Assembly: GCA_026936335.1 (NCBI GenBank)
Contig: JAPMXV010000017.1
Location: 1 to 64,000 of the forward strand
Direction: 5' to 3'
DNA from: Mantamonas sphyraenae STR306
Lineage: Eukaryota > Protista > CRuMs
DNA length: 64,000 nucleotides
The notes below the pieces were generated by a model. It was not told the origin of the DNA and searched no databases. It saw nothing but the letters and a program-made list of their open reading frames with translations. Every line of letters starts with the position of its first letter. Within the stretch, counting starts at the first letter, position 1. Shown here in pieces: positions 1-9,828 of the stretch. Made by a program: the position numbers and the translations under genes.

Positions 1-37
1 CCTAACCCTAACCCTAACCCTAACCCTAACCCTAACC

Positions 38-78
<41 letters not shown>

Positions 79-216
79 CCCTAACCCTAACCCTAACCCT
101 AACCCTAACCCTAACCCTAACCCTAACCCTAACCCTAACCCTAACCCTAACCCTAACCCTAACCCTAACCCTAACCCTAACCCTAACCCTAACCCTAATC
201 CTAACCCTAACCCTAA
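1..216. repeat. Telomeric repeat array (CCCTAA)n = TTAGGG on the minus strand; left chromosome end
   Basis: ~36 tandem hexamers from base 1, with two variants (CCCTAAA near 55-60, CCTAAT near 194-199); ends abruptly at ccctaa|gtga. Confidence 0.99.
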
Positions 217-475
217 GTGATTTCTGATATGGTGATTTCGGTTTAGGTCAGGTGAGTTGTGCTTGTGTTTGCTGGAGGGGTGCCTGAGTTGGGCGGTGAC
301 ATGGGGCAGTGGGCAATGGGTGGGAGTGGAAATGTCGCTGGTGAGTGGCCGTCGCCCTGCAACGCCGCGCAGTCAGCACTGCCCATCCGCCTTCAACCAA
401 AATATCACAAACACCCACAACACCCTCCACCAGTCCAACACAATCCACATACACTCCAGTACCACCACCATCACC

Positions 476-3400
476 ATGGACAAGGACTACTCGAGCACTC
501 CGAAGCAACAACACACACCCAACACCTACCCAACGTGCGTTCTGCCTTCCACTCCGTTTTCAGACTGCCCGCTTCTCCCGCTTCCAGCCTCCTCCATGCC
601 TCCGTCGCTTCCCTGCACTCCTCCCCTGCATTTCCACTTGCCCATCACCACCTCCACTGCCTTCTCTGCTCGTCTCCGATTCCCTCTCCCCTGTCACTGC
701 CCGCCCCGTTGCCAGTTTCCCGGTCTGCCAATCTCCTCCGTTTTTCCCTCTCTGCTCGTTCCAGCCTCCCTTCACCCCCACTTCTGCTCCGACGGCGTCC
801 ATCCCGCCTTGCACTCACAGTTGCCACCCCGCCCTGCCCCTCCCCATCTTCCCCACAGCTACTACATGGTCCCTCCCATGACTGCCCAGCCGTTTCCGAA
901 TACGCTGCCCGTTTCTGACGTACAAAACCCGTACCAGCACCCACAACCACCCATCATCTGGGTCCCTGTCAACACCCATTCCCAGCAGCAGCACGTATAT
1001 CCTCATCACGGCCACCCATACTACGCCTATCCTCCTCCGCCGCCTCCTCAGCCGCGACAAACCGCCCAGATGCACTTCGCTCAGCCTCCGACCCACCCTC
1101 CGCCTGCTCAACCCACCACCAACCACAACGGCGTCCCCAAACGCATCAGCCCTGCCTTTGTCGGCATCACACAGACCACGTCCACCACCACATCGTCGTC
1201 CTCCTCCTATCAGGCCACACGGCAGACTGGAGACAGCGACGACGACGACGCAGACCAGGACACACATACATATGACACCGGCGATGTGGAGGACCTGATG
1301 TTTCTGAACTTTGGCCACCGTGAACCACGGTCAATCTCCAGCAACCCAGAGTGGATGACCAGCTCACGGATGGAGGCGTTTGAAGAATACGGCGAGGCAA
1401 ACGACGCCATCCAGCAGCACGTGGACGACGAGATGGAAACTCAGGGCGCACCTAGCTTCGCAGACACTGGTGATGCCATGGATGAGGAGTACATGCCACA
1501 CGTCGACAACGACGACGACACAGACGACATGGAGCAGGAGGACACGGACGAGTGGCAGCCGAGACGCTCAAGTAGAGGTCGCACACGACGAGGAAACCAC
1601 GCCACTCGACTCACTGGTTCACACTCGATGAAAGGCAGCGGACAGCGCAGGCTCAGGGTCACCCCTGGCAGTGGCACCGAGACAGGAACGTCGAGCACAC
1701 GAGCAAGGAGTTACAAGAACGGAGACAACGGCGCACGGAAGAAAGCAGGCGTGGACAAGACGAACAAGTTGCCAGATGGTGTTGAGCGCAAAGGGTGGAC
1801 AAAGGGACCCAGTGACGAGCGCAGCCGCAGCAACAAGAAGGAGCACAGGACACTGCTGAGGCACATGCACACCCTGGCCAACGAGCATCCCATCGACGAT
1901 ATCCCCGATCTCATGACTCTGCAGGCGCGTGTTGTGGTCTGCCATGGCACCACGACCACGCTTGTCCGACAGATTCAGCTCGCTCTGGGCAGCATTCCCC
2001 TCTCCCAGGGCGACATGGCCTTCTGTCTCATCCTTCTGGGCCATGATGTGGATCAACAGGCGTGCAGTGATGCCATCCGTGTCGCTGGTCTGGCCATGGG
2101 TGTGACCAAGGCTGGGTTGAAGGTGTGCTGGCTCGAGGAGCCACACAACCACGGCGACCCCAACTACGCCCTCCTCCACCTGCTTATGACAGAGATGGAC
2201 ACTCTTGGCAACAGGCCCCATCCCACCACCTGGAAGGAGCACGAGCAGACCCAGCTGTGGCTGCAGAAAGCACGACGCCCTGCTGACAGCGACAGCGACC
2301 CACACTGGACACAATGCGACTACGACCACCACCTCACCACCACTGAGGTGGAAAAGTGGCATAACGAGTCTGTGCGCAGTGGCTGGGCAACGCACAATCC
2401 CAACGACGAGCGTGGCAGCTGCACGGCGCGGGAGTTCCAGACGCTGCTGGCACACGTGAAGGCACGCGCAGCCAAGCACCCTCGCCATCAGCACACACAC
2501 GAGCACCTTGCACTGCGTGAGCTGATCAACAACGGCAGCCTGCTGTCCCTGCTGCGCCACATCATCCTGGCGCTGGGCAACGTTGGCGTGCCGCCTGTCG
2601 ACCTGGCCTTCTTTGTCCGCCTCCTCAGGCCACACCTCACCTACCAGAAGTTACGACATGCCATCAGCGACACCCTCACTCGCGGTGTCACCTCCCTCTC
2701 CCTCAAGATCGCCTGGCTCGACAACCCCAAACCCAGCGACGCCACACTGCACACCCTCCTCCACACCCTCATCGAGCGCATCACACCCCACATCACCACC
2801 CGTCCCACCACCGTCGACGCAGTCAACACCCTCGACATCCCCGAGATTATTCTTCCTGAGCCCACGGAGGAGGATGGGTTGGTCGTGGAGGATGGACTGC
2901 CAGATGGCGTTGTTTGCAGTGGCTGGACAAACTGGCGCAAGAGCGAGCGCAGCCACAGCAACAAGAAGGAGCACACGGCACTGCTGAACCACATGCACAC
3001 CCTGGCCAATGACCATCCCATCGACGACATCCCCGACCTCATGAACCTTCAGGCACGTGTTGTGGTCTGCCATGGCACCCTGCGCACGCTGGTCAGACAG
3101 ATTCAGCTCGCTGTGGGCAACACACCCCTCTCCCAGGGCGGCATGGCCCTCTGCCTCACCCTTCTCGGCCGTGACATGGATCAACATACGTGCAGTGCTG
3201 CCATCCAGAACGCTGGTCTGGCCATGGGTATCACAAAGGCTGGGTTGAAGGTGTGCTGGCTGGAGGAGCCACACGACCACGGCGACCCCAACTACGCCCT
3301 CCTCCACCTTCTCATGACAGAGATGGACACTCTCGGCGACAGGCCCCATCCCACCACCTGGAAGGAGCACGAGCAGACCCAGCTGTGGCTGCAGAAAGCA

Positions 3401-5176
3401 CGACGCCCTGCTGACAGCGACAGCGACCCACACTGGACACAATGCGACTACGACCACCACCTCACCACCACTGAGGTGGAAAAGTGGCATAACGAGTCTG
3501 TGCGCAGTGGCTGGGCAACGCACAATCCCAACGACGAGCGTGGCAGCTGCACGGCGCGGGAGTTCCAGACGCTGCTGGCACACGTGAAGGCACGCGCAGC
3601 CAAGCACCCTCGCCATCAGCACACACACGAGCACCTTGCACTGCGTGAGCTGATCAACAACGGCAGCCTGCTGTCCCTGCTGCGCCACATCATCCTGGCG
3701 CTGGGCAACGTTGGCGTGCCGCCTGTCGACCTGGCCTTCTTTGTCCGCCTCCTCAGGCCACACCTCACCTACCAGAAGTTACGACATGCCATCAGCGACA
3801 CCCTCACTCGCGGTGTCACCTCCCTCTCCCTCAAGATCGCCTGGCTCGACAACCCCAAACCCAGCGACGCCACACTGCACACCCTCCTCCACACCCTCAT
3901 CGAGCGCATCACACCCCACATCACCACCCGTCCCACCACCGTCGACGCAGTCAACACCCTCGACATCCCCGAGATTATTCTTCCTGAGCCCACGGAGGAG
4001 GATGGGTTGGTCGTGGAGGATGGACTGCCAGATGGCGTTGTTTGCAGTGGCTGGACAAACTGGCGCAAGAGCGAGCGCAGCCACAGCAACAAGAAGGAGC
4101 ACACGGCACTGCTGAACCACATGCACACCCTGGCCAATGACCATCCCATCGACGACATCCCCGACCTCATGAACCTTCAGGCACGTGTTGTGGTCTGCCA
4201 TGGCACCCTGCGCACGCTGGTCAGACAGATTCAGCTCGCTGTGGGCAACACACCCCTCTCCCAGGGCGGCATGGCCCTCTGCCTCACCCTTCTCGGCCGT
4301 GACATGGATCAACATACGTGCAGTGCTGCCATCCAGAACGCTGGTCTGGCCATGGGTATCACAAAGGCTGGGTTGAAGGTGTGCTGGCTGGAGGAGCCAC
4401 ACGACCACGGCGACCCCAACTACGCCCTCCTCCACCTTCTCATGACAGAGATGGACACTCTCGGCGACAGGCCCCATCCCACCACCTGGAAGGAGCACGA
4501 GCAGACCCAGCTGTGGCTGCAGAAAGCACGACGCCCTGCTGACAGCGACAGCGACCCACACTGGACACAATGCGACTACGACCACCACCTCACCACCACT
4601 GAGGTGGAAAAGTGGCATAACGAGTCTGTGCGCAGTGGCTGGGCAACGCACAATCCCAACGACGAGCGTGGCAGCTGCACGGCGCGGGAGTTCCAGACGC
4701 TGCTGGCACACGTGAAGGCACGCGCAGCCAAGCACCCTCGCCATCAGCACGCACACGAGCACCAGGCACTGTGTGAGCTGATCAACAACGGCAACCTGCA
4801 GTCCCTTGTGCGACACATCATCCTGGCGCTGGGCAATGTTGGCGTGCCGCCTGTCGATCAGGCCTTCTTTGTTCGCCTCCTCCGTCCACGCCTCACCTAC
4901 AAGAAGGTTCAACAGGCCATCAGCGTCACCCTCACTCGCGGCGTCACCTCCCTCTCCCTCAAGATCGCCTGGCTCGACAACCCCAAACCCAGCGACGCCA
5001 CACTGCACACCCTCCTCCACACCCTCATCGACCGCATCACACCCCACATCACCACCCGTCCCACCACCCCCGCACTCGTCAACGCCTACCCAATCCCCCC
5101 TTTCACCCTGCCCAAGCGCAAAGACCCTTCCTCCTCGTCGTCCTCCTCCTCCTCGAAACGGCAACGCCTCGAATGA
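476..5176 (+). CDS. Subtelomeric repeat-module protein, copy 1: Pro/Gln-rich, acidic and basic disordered N-terminus, three A+B modules, C-terminal bipartite NLS-like PKRK...KRQRLE; probable intron 535-858
   Basis: Within ORF 257-5176. The ATG at 476 (MDKDYS) is shared with copy 2. gtgcgt donor at 535 and ccccacag acceptor at 858. Internal period of 1128 nt. Confidence 0.85.
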   Translation: MDKDYSSTPKQQHTPNTYPTCVLPSTPFSDCPLLPLPASSMPPSLPCTPPLHFHLPITTSTAFSARLRFPLPCHCPPRCQFPGLPISSVFPSLLVPASLHPHFCSDGVHPALHSQLPPRPAPPHLPHSYYMVPPMTAQPFPNTLPVSDVQNPYQHPQPPIIWVPVNTHSQQQHVYPHHGHPYYAYPPPPPPQPRQTAQMHFAQPPTHPPPAQPTTNHNGVPKRISPAFVGITQTTSTTTSSSSSYQATRQTGDSDDDDADQDTHTYDTGDVEDLMFLNFGHREPRSISSNPEWMTSSRMEAFEEYGEANDAIQQHVDDEMETQGAPSFADTGDAMDEEYMPHVDNDDDTDDMEQEDTDEWQPRRSSRGRTRRGNHATRLTGSHSMKGSGQRRLRVTPGSGTETGTSSTRARSYKNGDNGARKKAGVDKTNKLPDGVERKGWTKGPSDERSRSNKKEHRTLLRHMHTLANEHPIDDIPDLMTLQARVVVCHGTTTTLVRQIQLALGSIPLSQGDMAFCLILLGHDVDQQACSDAIRVAGLAMGVTKAGLKVCWLEEPHNHGDPNYALLHLLMTEMDTLGNRPHPTTWKEHEQTQLWLQKARRPADSDSDPHWTQCDYDHHLTTTEVEKWHNESVRSGWATHNPNDERGSCTAREFQTLLAHVKARAAKHPRHQHTHEHLALRELINNGSLLSLLRHIILALGNVGVPPVDLAFFVRLLRPHLTYQKLRHAISDTLTRGVTSLSLKIAWLDNPKPSDATLHTLLHTLIERITPHITTRPTTVDAVNTLDIPEIILPEPTEEDGLVVEDGLPDGVVCSGWTNWRKSERSHSNKKEHTALLNHMHTLANDHPIDDIPDLMNLQARVVVCHGTLRTLVRQIQLAVGNTPLSQGGMALCLTLLGRDMDQHTCSAAIQNAGLAMGITKAGLKVCWLEEPHDHGDPNYALLHLLMTEMDTLGDRPHPTTWKEHEQTQLWLQKARRPADSDSDPHWTQCDYDHHLTTTEVEKWHNESVRSGWATHNPNDERGSCTAREFQTLLAHVKARAAKHPRHQHTHEHLALRELINNGSLLSLLRHIILALGNVGVPPVDLAFFVRLLRPHLTYQKLRHAISDTLTRGVTSLSLKIAWLDNPKPSDATLHTLLHTLIERITPHITTRPTTVDAVNTLDIPEIILPEPTEEDGLVVEDGLPDGVVCSGWTNWRKSERSHSNKKEHTALLNHMHTLANDHPIDDIPDLMNLQARVVVCHGTLRTLVRQIQLAVGNTPLSQGGMALCLTLLGRDMDQHTCSAAIQNAGLAMGITKAGLKVCWLEEPHDHGDPNYALLHLLMTEMDTLGDRPHPTTWKEHEQTQLWLQKARRPADSDSDPHWTQCDYDHHLTTTEVEKWHNESVRSGWATHNPNDERGSCTAREFQTLLAHVKARAAKHPRHQHAHEHQALCELINNGNLQSLVRHIILALGNVGVPPVDQAFFVRLLRPRLTYKKVQQAISVTLTRGVTSLSLKIAWLDNPKPSDATLHTLLHTLIDRITPHITTRPTTPALVNAYPIPPFTLPKRKDPSSSSSSSSSKRQRLE
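2211..4750 (+). repeat. Intragenic tandem duplication, period 1128 bp (376 codons), ~2.25 apparently identical copies
   Basis: SGW codons of the B module at 2378, 3506 and 4634. 2211-3622 matches 3339-4750 with no mismatch seen by eye. Confidence 0.95.
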
Positions 5177-5210
5177 ACCACTCTTCATTCCCTCTCCCTC
5201 CCACTCACCC

Positions 5211-5394
5211 TCACCTCCCCACCCACCCAACCACCCTCTCCATCACCTCATCCGGGAGTGTCACCCACCCTTCCGACCCTCCCTTCTCCACATACGCCTC
5301 TATCCCACCACACCCAAACATCGCCTCCCCCTCTTCCCCATTCATCACCAACCCCGTCTCTTTAGCCTCGCCCCCCTGTGCACCCCACCCATCC
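5211..5394 (-). pseudogene. 3'-terminal remnant of an LRR-ankyrin-family paralog
   Basis: Minus-strand translation LVMNGEEGEAMFGCGGIEAYVEKGGSEGWVTLPDEVMERVVGWVGR* matches the C-terminus encoded at 13953-14140 (LVMNGEEREAMFACGGMEEYVEERGWEGWVTLPDEVMERVVQWVGRGG*). Confidence 0.8.
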
Positions 5395-5484
5395 GCCTTC
5401 AACCAAAGTATCACCAACTCCCACACCACCCTCCAGCTGTCCAACACAATCCACATGCACTCCAGCACCATCACCACCACCATC

Positions 5485-8400
5485 ATGGACAAGGACTACT
5501 CAGACACTCCGAAGCAACAACACACACCCAACACCTACCCAGCGTGCGTTCTGCCTTCCACTCCGTTTTCTGACTGCCCGCTTCTCCCGCTTCCTTGCCT
5601 CCTCCATGACTCCGTCGCTTCCCTGCACTCCTCCCCTGCATCTCCACTTCCCCAGCACCACCGTCGCTGCCTTCTCCGCTCTTCTCCGATCCCCTCTCCC
5701 CTGTCACTGCCCTCTCCGTTGCCAGTTTCCCCGTCTGCCAATCTCCTCCGATTTTCCCTCTCTGCTCGTTCCAGCCTCCCTTCACCCTGCTTCTGCTCTG
5801 ACGGCGTCCACACCGGCTTCCGCTCGCCGCTCCCACCCCGCCTTGCCCCTCCGCGTCTCCCCCACAGCTATGGGTACATGGTCCCTCCCATGGCTACCCA
5901 GCCGTTTCCGAACATGCTGCCCGTCCAAGGCGTACAAAACCCGTACCAGCATCCACAACCACCCATCATCTGGGTCCCTGTCAACACCCATCCTCAGCAG
6001 TACCACGCGTATGCTTCTCAGGGCCACCCATACTACGCCTACCCTCCTCCGCCGCCTCCTCAGCCGCGACAAACCGCCCAGATGCACTTCGCTCAGGCTC
6101 CGTTGCACCCTCCGCCTGCTCAACCCACAACAAACCACAACCGCGTCCCGAAACGCATCAGCCCTGCCTTTGTCGGCATCACACGGACCACATCCACCAC
6201 CACATCGTCGTCCTCCTCCCAACAGGCCACACGGCAGACTGGAGACAGCGACGACGACAACGCAGACCAGGACACACACACACATGACACCGGCGACGTG
6301 GAGGACCTGATGTTCCTGAACTTTGGCCATCGTGAACCACGGACAATCTCCAGCATCTCAGAGTGGATGACCAGCTCAGGGATGGAGGCGTACGAAGAAG
6401 ACGGCGAGGCAGACGACGCACCCCAGCAGCACGTTGAGGACGAGATGGAAACTCGGGGCTCACTCAGCAATGCAGACGCTGGTGATGCCATGGATGAGGA
6501 GTACATGCTGCAAGACGACAGCGACGACGACGCAGACGACTTGGAACAGGAGGACAAGGCCGAATGGCAGCCAAGACGCACAAGAGGAGGCCACACACAA
6601 CGACGCAGAGGCCTCAGCAGCCGCCGTACTGGTCCACAGAAGTTGAAGGGCTGCGGACAGCGCAGGCTCAGGGTCACGGCTGGCAGTGGCACCGAGACAG
6701 GAACGTCGAGCACACGGGCAAGGATGGCCAAGAACGGAGACACCGGCGCACGGAAGAACACAGGCGTGGACAAGACGAACAAGTTGCCAGATGATGTTGC
6801 GCGCAAAGGGTGGTCGATGAACTGGCGCAGTGAAGAGCGCAGCCACAGCAACAAGAAGGAGCACACGGCACTGCTGAACCACATGCACAGCCTGGCCAAC
6901 GAGCATCCCATCGACGACATCTCCGACCTCATGACCCTGCAGGCGCGTGTTCTGGTCTGCCACGGCACCCTGATCACGCTTGTCCGACAGATTCAGCTCG
7001 CTCTGGGTAACATTCCCCTTTCCCAGGGCGACATGGCACTCTGCCTCACCGTTCTCGGCCGTGAGGTGGATCAATACGCGTGCAGCGCTGCCATTCGCCA
7101 CGCTGGTCTGGCCATGGGTGTGACAAAGTCTGGGTTGAAGGTGGGCTGGCTGGAGGAGCCACACGACCACGGCGACCCCAACTACGCCCTCCTCCACCTG
7201 CTCATGACAGAGATGGACACACTCGGTGACAGACCCCATCCCATCACCTGGAAGGAGCACCAGCAGACCCAGCTGTGGCTGCAGAAAGCACGACGCCCTG
7301 CTGACAACGACAGCGACCCACACTGGACACAATGTGACTACGACCACCACCTCACCACCACCAAGGTGGACAAGTGGCAATCTGAGTCTGTGCGCAGTGG
7401 CTGGAGCTATGCTCCAACAAGCGACGAGCGTGGCAGCTGCACGGCGCGGGAGTTCCAGACGCTGCTGGTACACATGCAGACACGCGCTGCCAAGCACCCT
7501 CGCCATCAGCACACACGCGAGCACTATGCACTGCGTGAACTGATCAACAACGGCAGCCTGATGTCCCTGGTGCGTCACATCGTCCTGGCGCTGGGCAACG
7601 TTGGCGTGCCGCCTGTCGACCTGGCCTTCTTTGTCCGCCTCCTCAGACCACAGCTCACCTACCAGCAGTTCTCCCCTGCCATCAGCAAATCCCTCACCCG
7701 TGGTGTCACCTCACTCTCCCTCAAGATCGCCTGGCTCGATAACCTCAAACCCAGCGACGCCACACTGCACACCCTCCTCCACACCCTCATCGACCGCATC
7801 ACACCCCACATCACGAACCGTCCAACCACCTTCGACGCCGTCAACTTCCTCCGCATTCCCGAGCTTGTTCTGCCCGAGCCCACAGACGAGGAGAAGATGA
7901 TGGCCGTGGAGGATGGACTGCCAGATGGCGTTGTGCGCAGTGGCTGGACTCACTGGCGCAAGAGCGAGCGCAGCCACAGAAACAAGAAGGAGCACACGGC
8001 ACTGCTGAATCGCATGCACACTCTGGTCAATGAGCATCCCATGAACGACATCCGCGACCTGCTGATCCTGCAGGCGCGTGTTGTGGTCTGCCATGGCACC
8101 CTGTTGGCGCTGATCCGACAGATTCAGCTCGCTCTGGGCATCATTCCCCTCTCCCAGGGCGACATGGCCTTCTGCCTCACCCTTCTCGGCCGTGACATTG
8201 ATCAAAAGGCGTGCAGCCTTGCCATCCTCCACGCTGGTCTGGCCATGGGTGTGACAAAGGCTGGGTTGAAGGTGTGCTGGCTGGAGGAGCCACACGACCA
8301 CGGCGACCCCAACTACGCCCTCCTCCACATGCTCATGACAGAGATGGACACACTCGGCAACAGGACCCATCCCAGCACCTGGAAGGAGCACCAGCAGACC

Positions 8401-9060
8401 CAGCTGTGGCTGCAGAAAGCACGACGCCCTGCTGACAACGACAGCGACCCACACTGGACACAATGCGACTACGACCACCACCTCCCCACCACCAAGGTGG
8501 AAAAGTGGCATCCCGAGTCTCTTCGCAGTGGCTGGAGCAAATCCGGTCACGACGAGCGTGGCAGCTGCACTGCGCGGGAGTTCCAGACGCTGCTGGCACA
8601 CATGAAGGCACGCGCAGCCAAGCACCCTCGCCATCGATACGCACACGAGCACCAGGCACTGCGTGAGCTGATCAACACTGGCAGCAAGCAGTCCCTGGTG
8701 CGACACATCATCCTGGCGCTTGGCAACGTTGGTGTGCCGCCTGTCGACCTGGCCTTCTTTGTCCGCCTCCTCAGGCCAAACCATACCTACAAGCAGTTCT
8801 CCCCTGCCATCAGCGACACTCTCACTGGCGGCGTCACCTCCCTCTCCCTCAAGATCGCCTGGCTTGACAACCCCCAACCCAGCGACGCCACACTGCACAC
8901 CCTCCTCCACACCCTCATCGACCGCATTACACCCCATATCACCACCCGCCCCACCACCGTCGCACTCGTCAACGCCTACCCCATCCCCTCCTTCACCCTC
9001 CCCAAGCGCAAAGACCTTTCCTCCTCTACCTCCTCCGCCAAACGCCAGCGCCTCGAATGA
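5485..9060 (+). CDS. Subtelomeric repeat-module protein, copy 2 (two A+B modules); probable intron 5544-5867
   Basis: Within ORF 5173-9060. Colinear paralog of copy 1 with the same start context, intron signals and C-terminal PKRK...KRQRLE. Confidence 0.85.
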   Translation: MDKDYSDTPKQQHTPNTYPACVLPSTPFSDCPLLPLPCLLHDSVASLHSSPASPLPQHHRRCLLRSSPIPSPLSLPSPLPVSPSANLLRFSLSARSSLPSPCFCSDGVHTGFRSPLPPRLAPPRLPHSYGYMVPPMATQPFPNMLPVQGVQNPYQHPQPPIIWVPVNTHPQQYHAYASQGHPYYAYPPPPPPQPRQTAQMHFAQAPLHPPPAQPTTNHNRVPKRISPAFVGITRTTSTTTSSSSSQQATRQTGDSDDDNADQDTHTHDTGDVEDLMFLNFGHREPRTISSISEWMTSSGMEAYEEDGEADDAPQQHVEDEMETRGSLSNADAGDAMDEEYMLQDDSDDDADDLEQEDKAEWQPRRTRGGHTQRRRGLSSRRTGPQKLKGCGQRRLRVTAGSGTETGTSSTRARMAKNGDTGARKNTGVDKTNKLPDDVARKGWSMNWRSEERSHSNKKEHTALLNHMHSLANEHPIDDISDLMTLQARVLVCHGTLITLVRQIQLALGNIPLSQGDMALCLTVLGREVDQYACSAAIRHAGLAMGVTKSGLKVGWLEEPHDHGDPNYALLHLLMTEMDTLGDRPHPITWKEHQQTQLWLQKARRPADNDSDPHWTQCDYDHHLTTTKVDKWQSESVRSGWSYAPTSDERGSCTAREFQTLLVHMQTRAAKHPRHQHTREHYALRELINNGSLMSLVRHIVLALGNVGVPPVDLAFFVRLLRPQLTYQQFSPAISKSLTRGVTSLSLKIAWLDNLKPSDATLHTLLHTLIDRITPHITNRPTTFDAVNFLRIPELVLPEPTDEEKMMAVEDGLPDGVVRSGWTHWRKSERSHRNKKEHTALLNRMHTLVNEHPMNDIRDLLILQARVVVCHGTLLALIRQIQLALGIIPLSQGDMAFCLTLLGRDIDQKACSLAILHAGLAMGVTKAGLKVCWLEEPHDHGDPNYALLHMLMTEMDTLGNRTHPSTWKEHQQTQLWLQKARRPADNDSDPHWTQCDYDHHLPTTKVEKWHPESLRSGWSKSGHDERGSCTAREFQTLLAHMKARAAKHPRHRYAHEHQALRELINTGSKQSLVRHIILALGNVGVPPVDLAFFVRLLRPNHTYKQFSPAISDTLTGGVTSLSLKIAWLDNPQPSDATLHTLLHTLIDRITPHITTRPTTVALVNAYPIPSFTLPKRKDLSSSTSSAKRQRLE

Positions 9061-9828
9061 ATCCCCTCCTTCCTTCCGATCCACTCCATCATTTGCTGCC
9101 CTCACACATCACATTCCGTTCCCCTTCTTGGCACAGGGCCTCGCTCCGCCGCTCCGAAGCCCTTTTGCCGACCCCACAGACACCGAGGTGTTCATCTTGG
9201 ATTGTGCCCTGCTCAGCGTCGACATCGCCGTCACTTTGGTGGTGCTGCTGGTGTTGGTGTTGTTTCCGCTGTTGCTCATCACCGTCGCTACGTTGTTGTT
9301 GGTGTGTATGTCCATCCAGCACTCCTCGTCCTCGTCGTGGTCATCCGGCGCATTTGACCATGCACTGGCACCTTGCAAATGACACGCTGACGTCCTTATC
9401 ACGCTCATCACCTGACGAATGCCCCCATTCTGGACTGTGTGTGCCTTGTTGTGCCACAGGGCGCACAGAAAGTCGTCCCTGGTGCATGGGACAAGCAATG
9501 CATTACGCAGAAGCCATGGTCTCCCACACGACACACACGGTTGAATTATGTGGATGTGCGATGCATGCTGCCCCATCGCAGCCAAATGTTCGCACGCAGG
9601 GTGTCCAAGCGAGGAGGCACCTTGCTGGGCCGAACCCTTCGTACAGGCACTCCACGAGTGCGAACCACGTTGATGCACGTCACTGCCCATCATAACACGA
9701 TACATCCTCGACACGACGTGGCTGTGGGTGCCAGTTTGCATGCGGCCCGGTCGTGGCAGGGCAGGAACACGTCGTCCTCATCATCACCATGGCTCAACGG
9801 CACAGCCGCTGTCGTGCAGCGCTGCAGC

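Noticed and set aside
5173-5176. ATGA stop/start overlap suggesting bacterial-style translational coupling of the tandem ORFs (also at 9057, 13930 and 45471)
   Set aside because: It arises from the family's GAA TGA ending. The following sequence is the antisense of an LRR-ANK gene end, and the shared start is MDKDY at 5485. At 45471 paralog A is continuous, so that site is a frameshift.
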